Source: Selaginella moellendorffii (lineage: Eukaryota; Plantae; Lycopodiophyta). From it: 64,000 nt of DNA. The DNA is taken from positions 2,790,719 to 2,854,718 of the forward strand of contig NW_003314273.1 of the NCBI RefSeq assembly GCF_000143415.4. Direction: 5' to 3'. The translations under genes and the position numbers were made by a program. The notes beneath the pieces were generated by a model. The model was not told where the DNA came from, did not search any database, and saw only the letters and a program-made list of their open reading frames with translations. Positions 45,101-56,223 of the stretch are shown here, one piece after another; the stretch's first letter is position 1, and every line of letters begins with the position of its first letter.

Positions 45101-47971
45101 CGATGCTCTTGCCTCTCCTAACAGAGACAAATGGGTTGCAGCCTTTGATGAGGAGTATAACTCCTTTCTCAAGAACAACACCTTCTCCTTGGTGGAAAGA
45201 GCTCCGGCCGGGCGTAAACTAGTGAAATCCATGTGGATTCCTAGTATCAAGCTCAACCCAGACCACACCATTTCTCGCTACAAGGCTCGCTTGCTGGCGA
45301 AAGGCTACTCTCAAGTGGCTGGTGTGGATTACACTGAGACGTTTGCCCCGGTGGTCAAGCTGACTACCATTCGCACCTTGCTCGCTTTAGCGGGTGCGCA
45401 CAATTGGCACGTACACCAGATGGATGTCAAGACGGCTTTCCTGAATGGAGAGCTTGATGAGGACATCTATATGGAGCAGCCAGAAGGCTACAAGGTCCCA
45501 GGACAAGAGAGCCACGTTTGGAAGCTCCACAAGGCGATTTATGGCTTGAAGCAAGCCTCTCGCCAATGGTACAAAAAGCTTGATGATTTTCTTGTGAAAT
45601 CTCACTTTTCCAGGAGCAAGAACGATCCGAATCTCTACTTTAAACGAGTAGGAGATGAAGTGATTTACATCGCTGTGTATGTAGACGACACTCTACTCGT
45701 TTGCAACAGCCTTGCTTTCCTAGCTAAAATCAAGGTGGCTTTCTCATCTCATTTTGAGATGAAGGACCTTGGTGAAGCTCGCTACTGCCTTGGCATCCAG
45801 ATTGATCGCAGAAAAGATGGCTCTCTCTTTCTGCATCAAACCAAGTATGTGGAAGATGTCCTGCAACGATTCGGCATGGACTCTTGTGCGCCTGCACCCA
45901 CGCCAATGGTTGCTGGCTTAAGACTTTCAAAGGATACGTCTCCTTCTACAGACTCGGATAGGAGGAAAATGGCGAACGTTCCTTACCGAAGTGCCGTGGG
46001 AAGCTTGATGTACCTGGTGGTGTGCACGCGACCAGACATTGCCTTCTCAGTGAGCATGGTAAGCAGGTTTCTCGACAATCCAGGCCCTGCACATTGGCAA
46101 GCAGTAAAAAGAATTTTTCGGTACTTACGAGCTACCACTTCTTTTGGCTTACTTTACACGCCAAAAGTCACACGCTTACAGGGCTACTGTGATTCGGACT
46201 GGGCTGGTTGCCCAGATTCACGAAGATCACACAAAGGCTATTTTTTTAGCTTGCAACAAGCAGCTCTTTCTTGGAGCAGCAAGAAACAGAGTGTTGTGGC
46301 CTGCTCTAGCTGCGAAGCTGAGTATATGGCTGCTAGCGCTGCTTGCAAGGAGGCCATCTGGCTTCGTCGTCTTCTAACGGACATGGAACACTCTCTTCCA
46401 GGTTCAACAGCGATCTATTGCGACAATCAGGGCTGCATTGCCTTAAGCAAGAATCGCAAGATCAATTCAAGAACAAAGCACATGGACACAGTACACCATT
46501 TTCTTCGAGACCAGTACGAAGATGGAATCGTCGAGCTTGTGTATTGTTCTACTCAGGACATGCCTGCTGACGTTCTGACCAAGGCACTCTCCCAGCCGAA
46601 ATTTTCTCAGTTTCGGGCTGCACTTGGCGTCTGCCCGAGTGGGAGTGTTACGGTGACAAGCCGTACGATGTACGGACAGACACCAGTGCCAGCTAGGACG
46701 CCAGGAGTGTATATTGACCAAAATCTCATGAATAAAAATTCATTCGATGGTCAAACACAATAAGCACGACGATCTTGTCCGTCCCTTCCTCCCACGCGTT
46801 GATGTAGTGGAACGATGTCCAATCCGGGACGTCGATCCAGCGAACGCCGGAAGATCCAACGGTCGGGAAGCGAGGGATCACCCCGAATCTGGGAACCTTG
46901 GGCGGTATCTCCATCAATTACCAGTTTGTTCTTGAGCACTACATCCTGGAACTTCATCACGAGCTGATTCTCTGGGAGGATTGCGTAGTTCTCTGTTATC
47001 GCGAAGTCGTGAAACAAGCACGGGTCCGGCAGCCACACGTCGAAATCGGGGCTCTTCCTCCCAGAAGTAGCGGAGGTGGGGATTGATCACTGGATTGAAG
47101 CTAACCGCGAAGAGCTCCCCAGAGATTGGATCGATCTTTGGATGAGCGCACATCGGCAAGAACAATCGATTGTTGAAGCTGTAGCGGCCCATGGTGATCA
47201 AATCCCCTGCTGGGGTGATACTCACGGCATATGGCATATCATCCTCGGACATGGCCAGGATTCGGATCGAAGTAGGCCATCCCAGCGTTGGAGGTTCCCA
47301 TCCCGCCCAAGATATTGATCAGGCCCAGAGCCGTGCGCATCACAAACAGCCCGAATCGTGCGAGCCCGGCATAGCTGCTCATGGTGCCCAGTGTGTAGGG
47401 GAAGAGAGGCTTGCCCGCTGCTTGCTCCTGGACGAATCGATTGTTCTGGGTGAATCGCACGCAGTAGACTGGAGCTTGCTCGTCTTCATCGCCGAACTTG
47501 ACAGAGTGGAGCATCCCGTGGCCATCGAAGTAGTGGTAGCCGGCGGGAGGGGGATGGAGTGGATTGGAGCCATTGCGGATGTAAGCACCGCCGCGGAGGC
47601 AGCGAGGGATCTCGCCAGTGACTCGGCGGCACGGCGTTGGCGGGAACTCTCCAACCGGCGCGAAATTGTCCGCGAGCTAGATCTGGGGGTCTTGCGAGGG
47701 AGGAAACCCGCGAAGATCAATGTACATGGAGATGAAATTCTCCACCGTGTCGCACAGGGCTACCCCGCGCCTCTTCGATCGGATTGGGGATTGAGAATCC
47801 AAGGGTATTGATATACTTGCGAGAGGAATTGGTAGTCGTGGCTGTGATCCTCGATGATCTTCTCCTGGGTAGAGCAGGAAAGGAGAAGTTGGTAAGGCTA
47901 TAACCAATATCAATGCCAGCTGTGGCATGCATTGAGACACAATCAACGACTAAGAACAGTGCCATTGGCAT
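42135..47971 (-). pseudogene. Near full-length CCD pseudogene split by the Copia insertion
   Basis: 5' part at 46763-47971 and 3' part at 42135-42680, with additional frameshifts. Confidence 0.9.
42681..46762 (+). mobile_element. Ty1/Copia LTR retrotransposon with very short LTRs
   Basis: LTRs at 42681-42813 (133 bp) and 46646-46762 (117 bp). TSD AGCAC, PBS TGGTATCGGAGC, PPT GAGTGGGAG. Zinc knuckle CEHCKKTNHEPKNC, integrase (VHSDIWGP, LRSDGGGEY), RT (QMDVKTAFLNG, YVDD) and RNase H (DSDWAG) occur in copia order. Frameshifts present and gag partly deleted. Confidence 0.95.
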
Positions 47972-48315
47972 ACATACATTGGTCTCTCCAATCGAATTTC
48001 AGAGCTATGGATTGGGCCACACGCCTCGCATAGATAAGATCATATTGTAGGGCTGAGGTGGAGAATGTTACTAGCTACTTGGGATGTGGGGACAATCAGA
48101 GGTTGGAAACAATGCGCGTGAGACCAATAATTGTGTGTCGGTATGCTTTTTGGAGGGGATGAAGACTATAGAAACATCATGTAAAGGTAGGGTCCCATGC
48201 TTCTTAGACGGGTACGAGTGGACCAAAAACAAAGCTAGCTATATTCAATCTAGATTCATGTCTCCTAACGCACCACCACACATCTCTGCTTTAGAATAAT
48301 GTAATTTAGGTGGTC

Positions 48316-48860
48316 ATGCGTTCGCAAGCGAGGTTTTGCTGGATGGAATAAAGGACCGTATCAAATTTCGGCAGTGGGAGATTATTTGGCGTCCAATTTG
48401 GTGGTGCAATGTATATGAGGTGTGGATGCCCATAGGTGGCAGGACAAGTCTTTTGCGGCTCTAGATTGAGGAATTGAATGTCACCAAGCAACTGGTTGAT
48501 TGAATGCCCGAGTGGGACGAGCATGACCACTGCCCTTCTCTCGGTATGGACTCCTCCGACAAGCAGAAGACGTTCCTGATTATGCCAGTAACAGGCATTT
48601 GGATAAAAAGCAACGAGCTAATGCCAGAAAGGAGCACGATTATGTAGGGATATGGTCTTGTTTCTTGCCCTGGTTTGCTCTTATTACAGCTGGAAAAGTT
48701 AAAGCATCGAATGTGTGAAACGACGATGTGAACTGCCATGCTGACAGCATGTAAACAACCAAAGGTTAGAGGGGTGAAAAAAGGCTGGATCACAGCGTGA
48801 TCGGCATACGCCCGGAATGGGCATATGGTTTTGCTAAGAGAATATTTGGATGCGAATTTT
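48316..48860 (+). pseudogene. PPR relic (type C), left arm of large inverted repeat
   Basis: Homologous to 17194-17740. Confidence 0.65.
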
Positions 48861-49279
48861 AGTTTGCTTGATGTGCATTGTAACATTTTTTTTTTCTTTC
48901 TGAGCAGAATTAAGATAGTTCTGCTGCGATTTGACTAGCAAAGAATTGGCAGCGTGGAACTTTTGCTGTTGTTCATCATTTTCCTGTGTTTACTCTCTTA
49001 AATTTTGGTAACGATCTGCTAAAGGAGAAAAATTTCTGAAGATCCTTCCATAACAGTTTCACGTTTGCAGAACTGGCAAACTCTAGCCAATAGAGCATTA
49101 GGTATAAACCATGAAATGAAGGGAAGTTTCTTCCACGACAGGTTTCATCCAGACACAAAATATTTGTTGAAGTCTGAAAGTTCCACGCTGCCAATTCTTC
49201 GCTAGTCAAATCGCAGCAGAACTATCTTAATTCTGCTCAGAAAGAGAAAAAAATGCTACAATGCACATCAAGCAAACTA

Positions 49280-49821
49280 AAATTCGCATCCAAATGTTCT
49301 CTTAGCAAAACGTTATCCGGCCTTTTTTTAACATTCACAGCGCTCCCTCTAACCTTTGGTTCTTTACATGCTGTCAGCATGGCAGTTCACATTGTCGTTT
49401 CACACATTCAATGCTTTAACTTTTCCAGCTGTAATAAGAGCAAACCAGGGCAAGAAACAAGACCATATCCTTAAATAATCGTGCTCCAGGAGATTAAGCT
49501 CCTTTCTGGCATTAGCTCGTTGCTTTATCCAAATGCCTGTTAGTGGCATAACTGCTTGTCGGAGGAATCCATACCGAGAGAAGGCAGTGGTCATGCTCGT
49601 CCCACTCGGGCATTCAATCAACCAGCATCATTTCCTGGATCTAGAGCCGCAAAAGACTTGCCATGCCACCTATGGGCATCCACGCCTCATATACATTGCA
49701 CCACCAAATTGGACGCCAAACAATCTCCCGCCACTGAGGGCTTGATCTCATTGTGGCTGGACGTGGGTAAATTGGATGTGGTTCTTTATTCCATCCAGCA
49801 AAACCTCGTTTGCGAACGCAT
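49280..49821 (-). pseudogene. PPR relic (type C), right arm of large inverted repeat
   Basis: Reverse-complement homolog of 48316-48860. Confidence 0.65.
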
Positions 49822-50109
49822 GACCATCGAAAATTACATTATTCTAAAGCAGAGATGATATTTCGTGTGGGGGGCGTTAGGAGACATGAATCTAGATTGA
49901 ATATATCTAGCTTTGTTTTTGGTCCACTCGTGCCCGTCTAGGAAGCATAGGACCTTTACCTTTTCATCCCCTCCAAGAAGCATGCCGACACACAATTATT
50001 GGTCTCACGCGCATTGTTTCCATTCAAGACAGAGTAAGCCCTAAAATATCGATCTTATCTCAAGACCATCATAGCTCTAAAATTCGATTGCAGGGATCAA
50101 TATATTCAG

Positions 50110-51655
50110 GTATGCCAATTACACAGTTAATTTGGTCGCAATGTCTGGGCCTGATCAATATCTTCGGTGGGATGGGATCGATATCAACCAGCGTTGGAGG
50201 TTTCGCCGAATCCTGGCTATGTCCGAGGATGATATGCCATATGCCATGAGTATCACCCCAGGAGGGGATTTGATCACCATGGGCCGCTACAGCTTCAACA
50301 AGCGATTGTTCTTGCTGATGTGCACTCATCCAAAGATCGATCCAATGTCTGGTGAGCTCTTCGCGGTTAGCTTCAATCCAGTGATCAATCCCCACCTCCG
50401 CTACTTCTGGGAGGAAGAGCCCCGATTTCGACGTGTGGCTGCCGGATCCGTGCTTGTTTCACGACTTCACGATAACAGAGAACTACGCAATCCTTCCAGA
50501 GAATCAGCTCATCCAGGATGTAGTGCTCAAGAACAAACTGGTCATTGATGGAGGTACCGCCAAGGTTCCCAGATTCGGGGTGATCCCTTGCATCCCGACT
50601 GTTGGATCTTCCGGCGTTTGCTGGATCGATGTCCTGGATTGGACATCATTCCACTACATCAACACGTAGGGACGGACAAGATTGTTATGAGTGGTTGTGT
50701 TGTATCTGGCTTAGGTCTAAACCAAAAACTTCAGCTATTTTATACCCAACACTGTTCAAAGGGAAGCACAGGCAAATCAAACAACGAACATAGCCCAGCT
50801 ACACATACGTACATTCTGGGCCCAACTCATCGGGTGGATCGCACAGAGGTTGGTGTGCTCGAGCAGCTCCGTGTCCTTCCAGCGAACACACCCAAATCAG
50901 ACAACGAACACATCCCAGCTCGTCTGGGCCCGGGACCTGAGGAACATCAGCTTCAGCGACGACTTCAGGCCGGCAGGTTGCAGTCAAGGCGGTCAGAGTG
51001 CGGTCAAGGTTCATGCAGGTGACGTTTGGGAGGATGTTTACCGCGCGGCAGACACACAGAAAGTTGTAGTTGTCGGGGCGATGTCGGGAACAGTGGCAGC
51101 GGCAGGGGGCTATGTTCAGGTGGCTCGTCCATTAGGCCGGTGGAACATCTGTTTGACGATATCACCGGATTGTCCAGCAGATTGCACGAGATCCACCTGG
51201 ACCTTCGATCTGGACGGTCGTGGAAGAAACACGTGTGCTCGGCTGGACTGGATTTTGGACAGATGAATCAGAAATTCCTGGGGCGGAAGAATCGGTACGT
51301 ATACATGTGCTACTATGGCCATGGCTCAAAATCTCAGGCCTGGCCAAGGTCGATCTGGACGCTCCACCGCTGCCCAGGCGGTAATCGATGGAACAAGTGA
51401 CCCGGATCTAAACGAGCCATGCGTTGTGGCGTCGAGGAGATTCGAACGTGGTAAGTTTTGTGGTGAATGGCGAGGAGGAAGACAATGGATACGTCATTTT
51501 AAGCTCCGTGCATAATGAGAAAAATGGTGGATGCCAAATCACCCACGCTTGAGATAATGGCTTCTATAGAGTTGCCTGTTAGAGTTCCATATGGATTCCA
51601 TGGAATCTTTAGAAATGCCAATCAAATAGCTAACCAAAACCATGCCACCTTCTAA
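50110..51655 (+). pseudogene. CCD pseudogene with captured FAD-oxidase fragment
   Basis: Inverted sister of 15572-16910, with the same 5' deletion and insertion point. Confidence 0.85.
50687..51123 (+). pseudogene. Captured fragment including part of a FAD-linked oxidase (BBE/VAO-type FAD-binding domain)
   Basis: QLVWARDLRNISFSDDFRPAGC..GQSAVKVHAGDVWEDVYRAADTQKVVVVGAMSGTVAAAGGYVQ fits the V.V.AG..W..VY...VVGG..TVG.AGGY.QGGG pattern. Confidence 0.7.
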
Positions 51656-51697
51656 GAAAATTTGATATAGTTATATAATCTCTTGAAAATATCTAAG

Positions 51698-53632
51698 CTA
51701 TGTAATTATGTGAGAATTGGCAATAAGAACATATGGAGCACTGTTACTAGGCTCCACACTAATGGCATTTTTCATTGCATCTCCACTCGCTACAGCTCCA
51801 AGCAAGCACTTCCAATCCATGGAATCTGGGTAATATGGCATCTCCCACAGAAGATTCTCAGCGTCTTGGATATACCTTGACTGGACAAGCACACCAATCA
51901 TACACAAGTAGTGTTGCTTTGAGGGTTTGATGGAGTGATCAAACTGGAAAGACACAAAGAGATCCCGAGCTATGGCAATAGTGCCTTTGTGAGCACACGA
52001 TGTGAGCAAAGCTGTTAAGCTAGCTCCATCAGGTGTATTAGTAGTGACCATGGTTTGCAAAGCATCCAAGGCTCTGGAAATGGCCCCAATCCGAGAGTAT
52101 GCCGCCAGCATTGTGTCCCAAGATATGAGATCCTTGTCCGGCATTGTTAAGAATATCCGATTTGCCATATCCAGATGCCCGTTTTGGGTATATGCAGAAA
52201 GAGTTGCACTCCATGAAGATTGGTTTCTTTCTTGGATTGAATCGAACACACTTTTGACCTGAGCATTTGATGCAAAACCACACAAGAGAGCATTGAAAGC
52301 AATAGCGCTCTTTTCATTGGAGTTGTCAAAAATTCTCTTGGCAAGAAGCATATGTCCACTTCGGGCATATGCCGACACGAGCACAATCAGTGGTATTTCG
52401 CCGTGACCTGGCATTTTTTCAAAAATACACAGGGCGTCCTCTAGCCTGTGGTTGTTTACATATCCTGTCAGCATGGCAGTCCAGGTAACCTCGTTTCGCT
52501 CCCTCATTCCATCAAAGAGTTTCTTTGCCTTTTCCAGATGCCCGTTGCTAGCATATGCTGTAATGAGAGCGGTTGCCGGGACTAAATGCTCGCCTTGATC
52601 AGGCAGACCTAAATATATGGCTTCGGCGTCGTGAGTCCGTCCTCGCCGAGAATACAAGCGCAGCATTGCAGTGCAAGCAAACGCGTTGTGGCGCTGCATG
52701 TTGTAAAAAATTTGCTGAGCCTCCGCGATGCTGCTGTCGTCGTGATCTGCGTAAGCGGACAGGATTACCGCGCATGAAACCACATCGGTACACTCCATCG
52801 ACTCAAACAGATTCTTTGCCTCGTGAAAGCAGCCACTTTCCACCAAGACGACAAGCAAAACCGTGGAGGCAACCAAATCCTTGTGAGGCAGCGCGAGGAA
52901 GAAACACTTGGCATCTTCCAAAAGCCCGTGCTGGCCAAAGCACTGAATCATGGACGTAAAAGACAGAGCATCAAATTCTGGCATGTTGGAGAAGATGCCC
53001 TTCGCCTCCTGCAAATGCCCAGCCTGGGCAAGTGCTGATAGTTGAGTGTTCCAAGCAACAAGATCTCTCTCAGGCATGGAGCTAAAGAGTGTCGTTATTT
53101 GAAACAAGTTGGTGGATTTGGATAGAATTGTGGTCCAAGAGATGAAGCTCCTTTCTGGCATAAGCTCAAAGAGCTGCATTGCTTTATCCAAATGCCCGTT
53201 TGTGGCATATGCTAAGATCATTGCATTCCATGCTACAAGGCCTCTCTCTCTTATGGAATCGAAAACTTCTTTTGCCCGTAGGAGTAAGCCATGCCGAGAG
53301 AAGGCAGTGATCATGATCGACCATGAAGCAACATCCCATTCGGGCATTCGATCAAACAACTGCTTTGCTTGGTCAAGGTGGCTGTTTGATGCGAAGGCAG
53401 AGAGCATGGCATTCCACGAGAATCGATTCCGTGATGTAGAGCCGCGGAAGATTTGCCATGCTGCCTCTGGGCATCCACACCTCCCATACATTCGCACCAC
53501 CAAATTGCATGCCAAGCAGTCTCCTGCTGCGAGGAGGTGCTCAATCTCATTGTGGAGCTTAGAGGCTGTGGATAGATTGGTACACTTCTTTATTGCATCC
53601 AACAAAAGCTCTCGACAATCTAGTGTTAACAT
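51698..53632 (-). CDS. PLS-class PPR protein with E-like extension, no DYW, 644 aa
   Basis: Uninterrupted ORF and close paralog of 13587-15530. Confidence 0.88.
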   Translation of the reverse strand: MLTLDCRELLLDAIKKCTNLSTASKLHNEIEHLLAAGDCLACNLVVRMYGRCGCPEAAWQIFRGSTSRNRFSWNAMLSAFASNSHLDQAKQLFDRMPEWDVASWSIMITAFSRHGLLLRAKEVFDSIRERGLVAWNAMILAYATNGHLDKAMQLFELMPERSFISWTTILSKSTNLFQITTLFSSMPERDLVAWNTQLSALAQAGHLQEAKGIFSNMPEFDALSFTSMIQCFGQHGLLEDAKCFFLALPHKDLVASTVLLVVLVESGCFHEAKNLFESMECTDVVSCAVILSAYADHDDSSIAEAQQIFYNMQRHNAFACTAMLRLYSRRGRTHDAEAIYLGLPDQGEHLVPATALITAYASNGHLEKAKKLFDGMRERNEVTWTAMLTGYVNNHRLEDALCIFEKMPGHGEIPLIVLVSAYARSGHMLLAKRIFDNSNEKSAIAFNALLCGFASNAQVKSVFDSIQERNQSSWSATLSAYTQNGHLDMANRIFLTMPDKDLISWDTMLAAYSRIGAISRALDALQTMVTTNTPDGASLTALLTSCAHKGTIAIARDLFVSFQFDHSIKPSKQHYLCMIGVLVQSRYIQDAENLLWEMPYYPDSMDWKCLLGAVASGDAMKNAISVEPSNSAPYVLIANSHIIT

Positions 53633-53649
53633 GGTTCTCTACCATATAA

Positions 53650-54066
53650 TCATGCACAATCTTGGATGGTTCCTTGGTTGTTGTAGAAACAATCATCAAT
53701 TCGGAGATTAGTTTCATGATCAACATTACTTTTATCTTTGCACTTCGCATAATAGACCACCTTTGGGATGGTTTCATTGTTATACATGAAACCCATGGGC
53801 GTGCAAAGAAAATTTCTTGACGAGTTAATGTTTTAAGAAGGTACTGAGGTGTCTCTAAGAAATTTGCCCCGCCACACTTTAAATTCCCATTATCATTGTG
53901 GATGTGAGTGTTCAAGACCAAATATTAGACACCAGTCTACATGAATAATGGTTGAGCTGAATTCAGCTATATGACAAGTAAGTGAGAAATTCCCACATCC
54001 AAATGTTTTAGGAATGATCAAAGCAGCAAGCGAGGCAACAATAGAAACTATCAATTGCACACCCAT
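53650..54066 (-). pseudogene. CVNH lectin copy with deletion and ~40-bp insertion
   Basis: MGVQLIVSIVASLAALIIPKTFGCGNFSLTC and HIHNDNGNLKCGGANFLET. Frameshifted. Confidence 0.75.
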
Positions 54067-54209
54067 TCTAAAAATTAGTTTTTTGAAGTACAAACGCTGA
54101 GATTTATTGGCAAGTGAAAATCCAATCAACCTTTATGGAGCAAAATTTTTTGCCATGTAGTCCACGTAGGATTCGGTGATGAAGTAGCTAAATATTCTTA
54201 TTGATGAAC

Positions 54210-55177
54210 AAACATATTCGAGAACATTGGGGTTGTCAAACATTCTCTTCGCAAAAAGCACACGTCCATTTCGGGCAAGAGCACAATCTGCTATCACGCT
54301 GTGATCAGCATTGTTTCGAACGCTTCCTCCAACTTCTGGTAGTTAACATACCCTGTCAGCATGGCGGTCCACGTAACCTCGTCTCGTCATTCATCAAAGA
54401 GATTCTTTAGATGTTGCCGGACTAAATGATCGCTTTGATCAGGCAGACCTAAATATATGGCTTCGGCGTCATGAGTCCGTTCTTGAGAATACAGCGCAGC
54501 ATATGCCAATTAAGGACCCTTTTTTATGCCGAGAGATTTTGTTTCTTGGAACTTTCATCTGCCTAAGCTGGGCATGAAGAACATCTTTTCCAACATGCCA
54601 GAATTTGCTCCTTTGTCGTTCACGCCCAGTGCTTTGGCCACCCTCATAAGGATTTGGTTGCGTCCACTGCTTTTCTTGTCATCTTGGCGGAAAGTGGCTG
54701 CTTCACGAGTCCATTGTCTTGTGCTGTGCTTGCGCAGATCACGACGACAGTTGAGGCTGAGCAGAATTTTTACAGCATGCAGCGTTTATGTTTAAGAGAT
54801 TAGCTCCTTTCCGGCATAAGCTCAAAGATGCACTCACACACACACACACACAATTCATGGAATAAAAAACAGGAGTAAGCCATGCTGAGAGAAGGCAGTG
54901 ATTGTGATCGACCATGAAGCAAGGTCCCATTCGATCAAACAACTGCTTTGCTTGGTCAAGATGGCTGTTTGATGTGGCATGGCATTCCATTCCTCGATCT
55001 AGATACTTGCCATGCCGCCTCAGGGCATCCAAACGTCCCATACATTTGCACCAGAAAATTGGATGCCAAACAATCTCCTGCCGCAAGGACGTGCTTGATC
55101 TCATTGTGAAGCTTACAAGCTGCAGGTAGATTGCTACACGTTTTTATTCCATCCAATAAAACCTCTTGACCATACAT
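54210..55177 (-). pseudogene. PPR relic (type B) with internal inversion at ~54500-54790
   Basis: Homologous to 26144-27040. The middle segment reads on the + strand. Confidence 0.7.
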
Positions 55178-55209
55178 TGCTCTCTATGAGAAAAAAAGCA
55201 TATCTGTTG

Positions 55210-55670
55210 ATGCAATCTTGGCTAGTGCCTTGAGATTTGTAGAAACAATCATCGATTCGGAGATTAGTGTCTTGACCTACACCACCATCGTCTTTGCAGC
55301 TTTGGGATTTCCATTTGTAAAATTCAAACATGCATGTCGAAAGTGGGGCTGTAAATTAATACGCGATCGCGATCGGTACAGATTCTTCAAACCGTGATGT
55401 CACACCGCTTTGCCAGTGGGAATCGCATATTATGTTTGCTAGTACTGAATTTACATTAGTTCTAAGCATAGATCCATATAAATTATGGAGAGAATTTTTT
55501 GCCTGCAACTAAGAATCTAGTCCCGCCACACTTCAAAACTAGGAACCTTCAAACTTTCCAAGGACACACTGTTCTACATGACTATTGGTTATATTGAATT
55601 CACTTACAAAGCGAAATCCCCCAGAAATGATCCAAGCAGCAAGTCACACAACAATCACTTGTACAACCAT
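55210..55670 (-). pseudogene. CVNH paralog relic (type B)
   Basis: WKSQSCKDDGGVGQDTNLRIDDCFYKSQGTSQDC. Confidence 0.6.
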
Positions 55671-55711
55671 TCTTAAAATTTGGTTTTGAGGCAAGGATAA
55701 CAATCTCAATC

Positions 55712-56171
55712 TCGGTCATGGAAGCAACATGTGTGCTCGGCGGGACTGGATTTTGGAAAGATCAACCAGAAATTCCTGGGGCAGAAGAACCGGTACGTCT
55801 ACATGCGCTACTATGGGCCATGGCCCAAATTGTCGGGCGTGGCCAAGGTCGATCTGGACCCCACGGCTGTCCAGTGTGGTAATTGATGGAACAAGTGACC
55901 CGGACCTCAAGGAGCCGTGCATTGTGGTGTCAAGGAGATTCGAACGTGGTAAGTTTTGTGGCGAATGGTGAGGAGAAAGGGGATGGATACGTCTTAAGCT
56001 ACGTCCATGATGAGAAAAATGGGGTCTCGGAGCTTTTGGTCATAGATGCCAAATCACCCACACTTTGAGACAGTGGCTTTTCTAGAGTTGCCTGCTGGAG
56101 TTCCATATGGATTCCATGGGATCTTTATAAATGCCGATCAAATAGCTAACCAAAACCATGGCACCTTGTGA
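55712..56171 (+). pseudogene. CCD 3' fragment
   Basis: Inverted sister of 29455-30238. Confidence 0.8.
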
Positions 56172-56223
56172 GAAAATTTGATATAGTTGTGAAAATTGAT
56201 ATAATCTTTTGAAAATATTTAAG

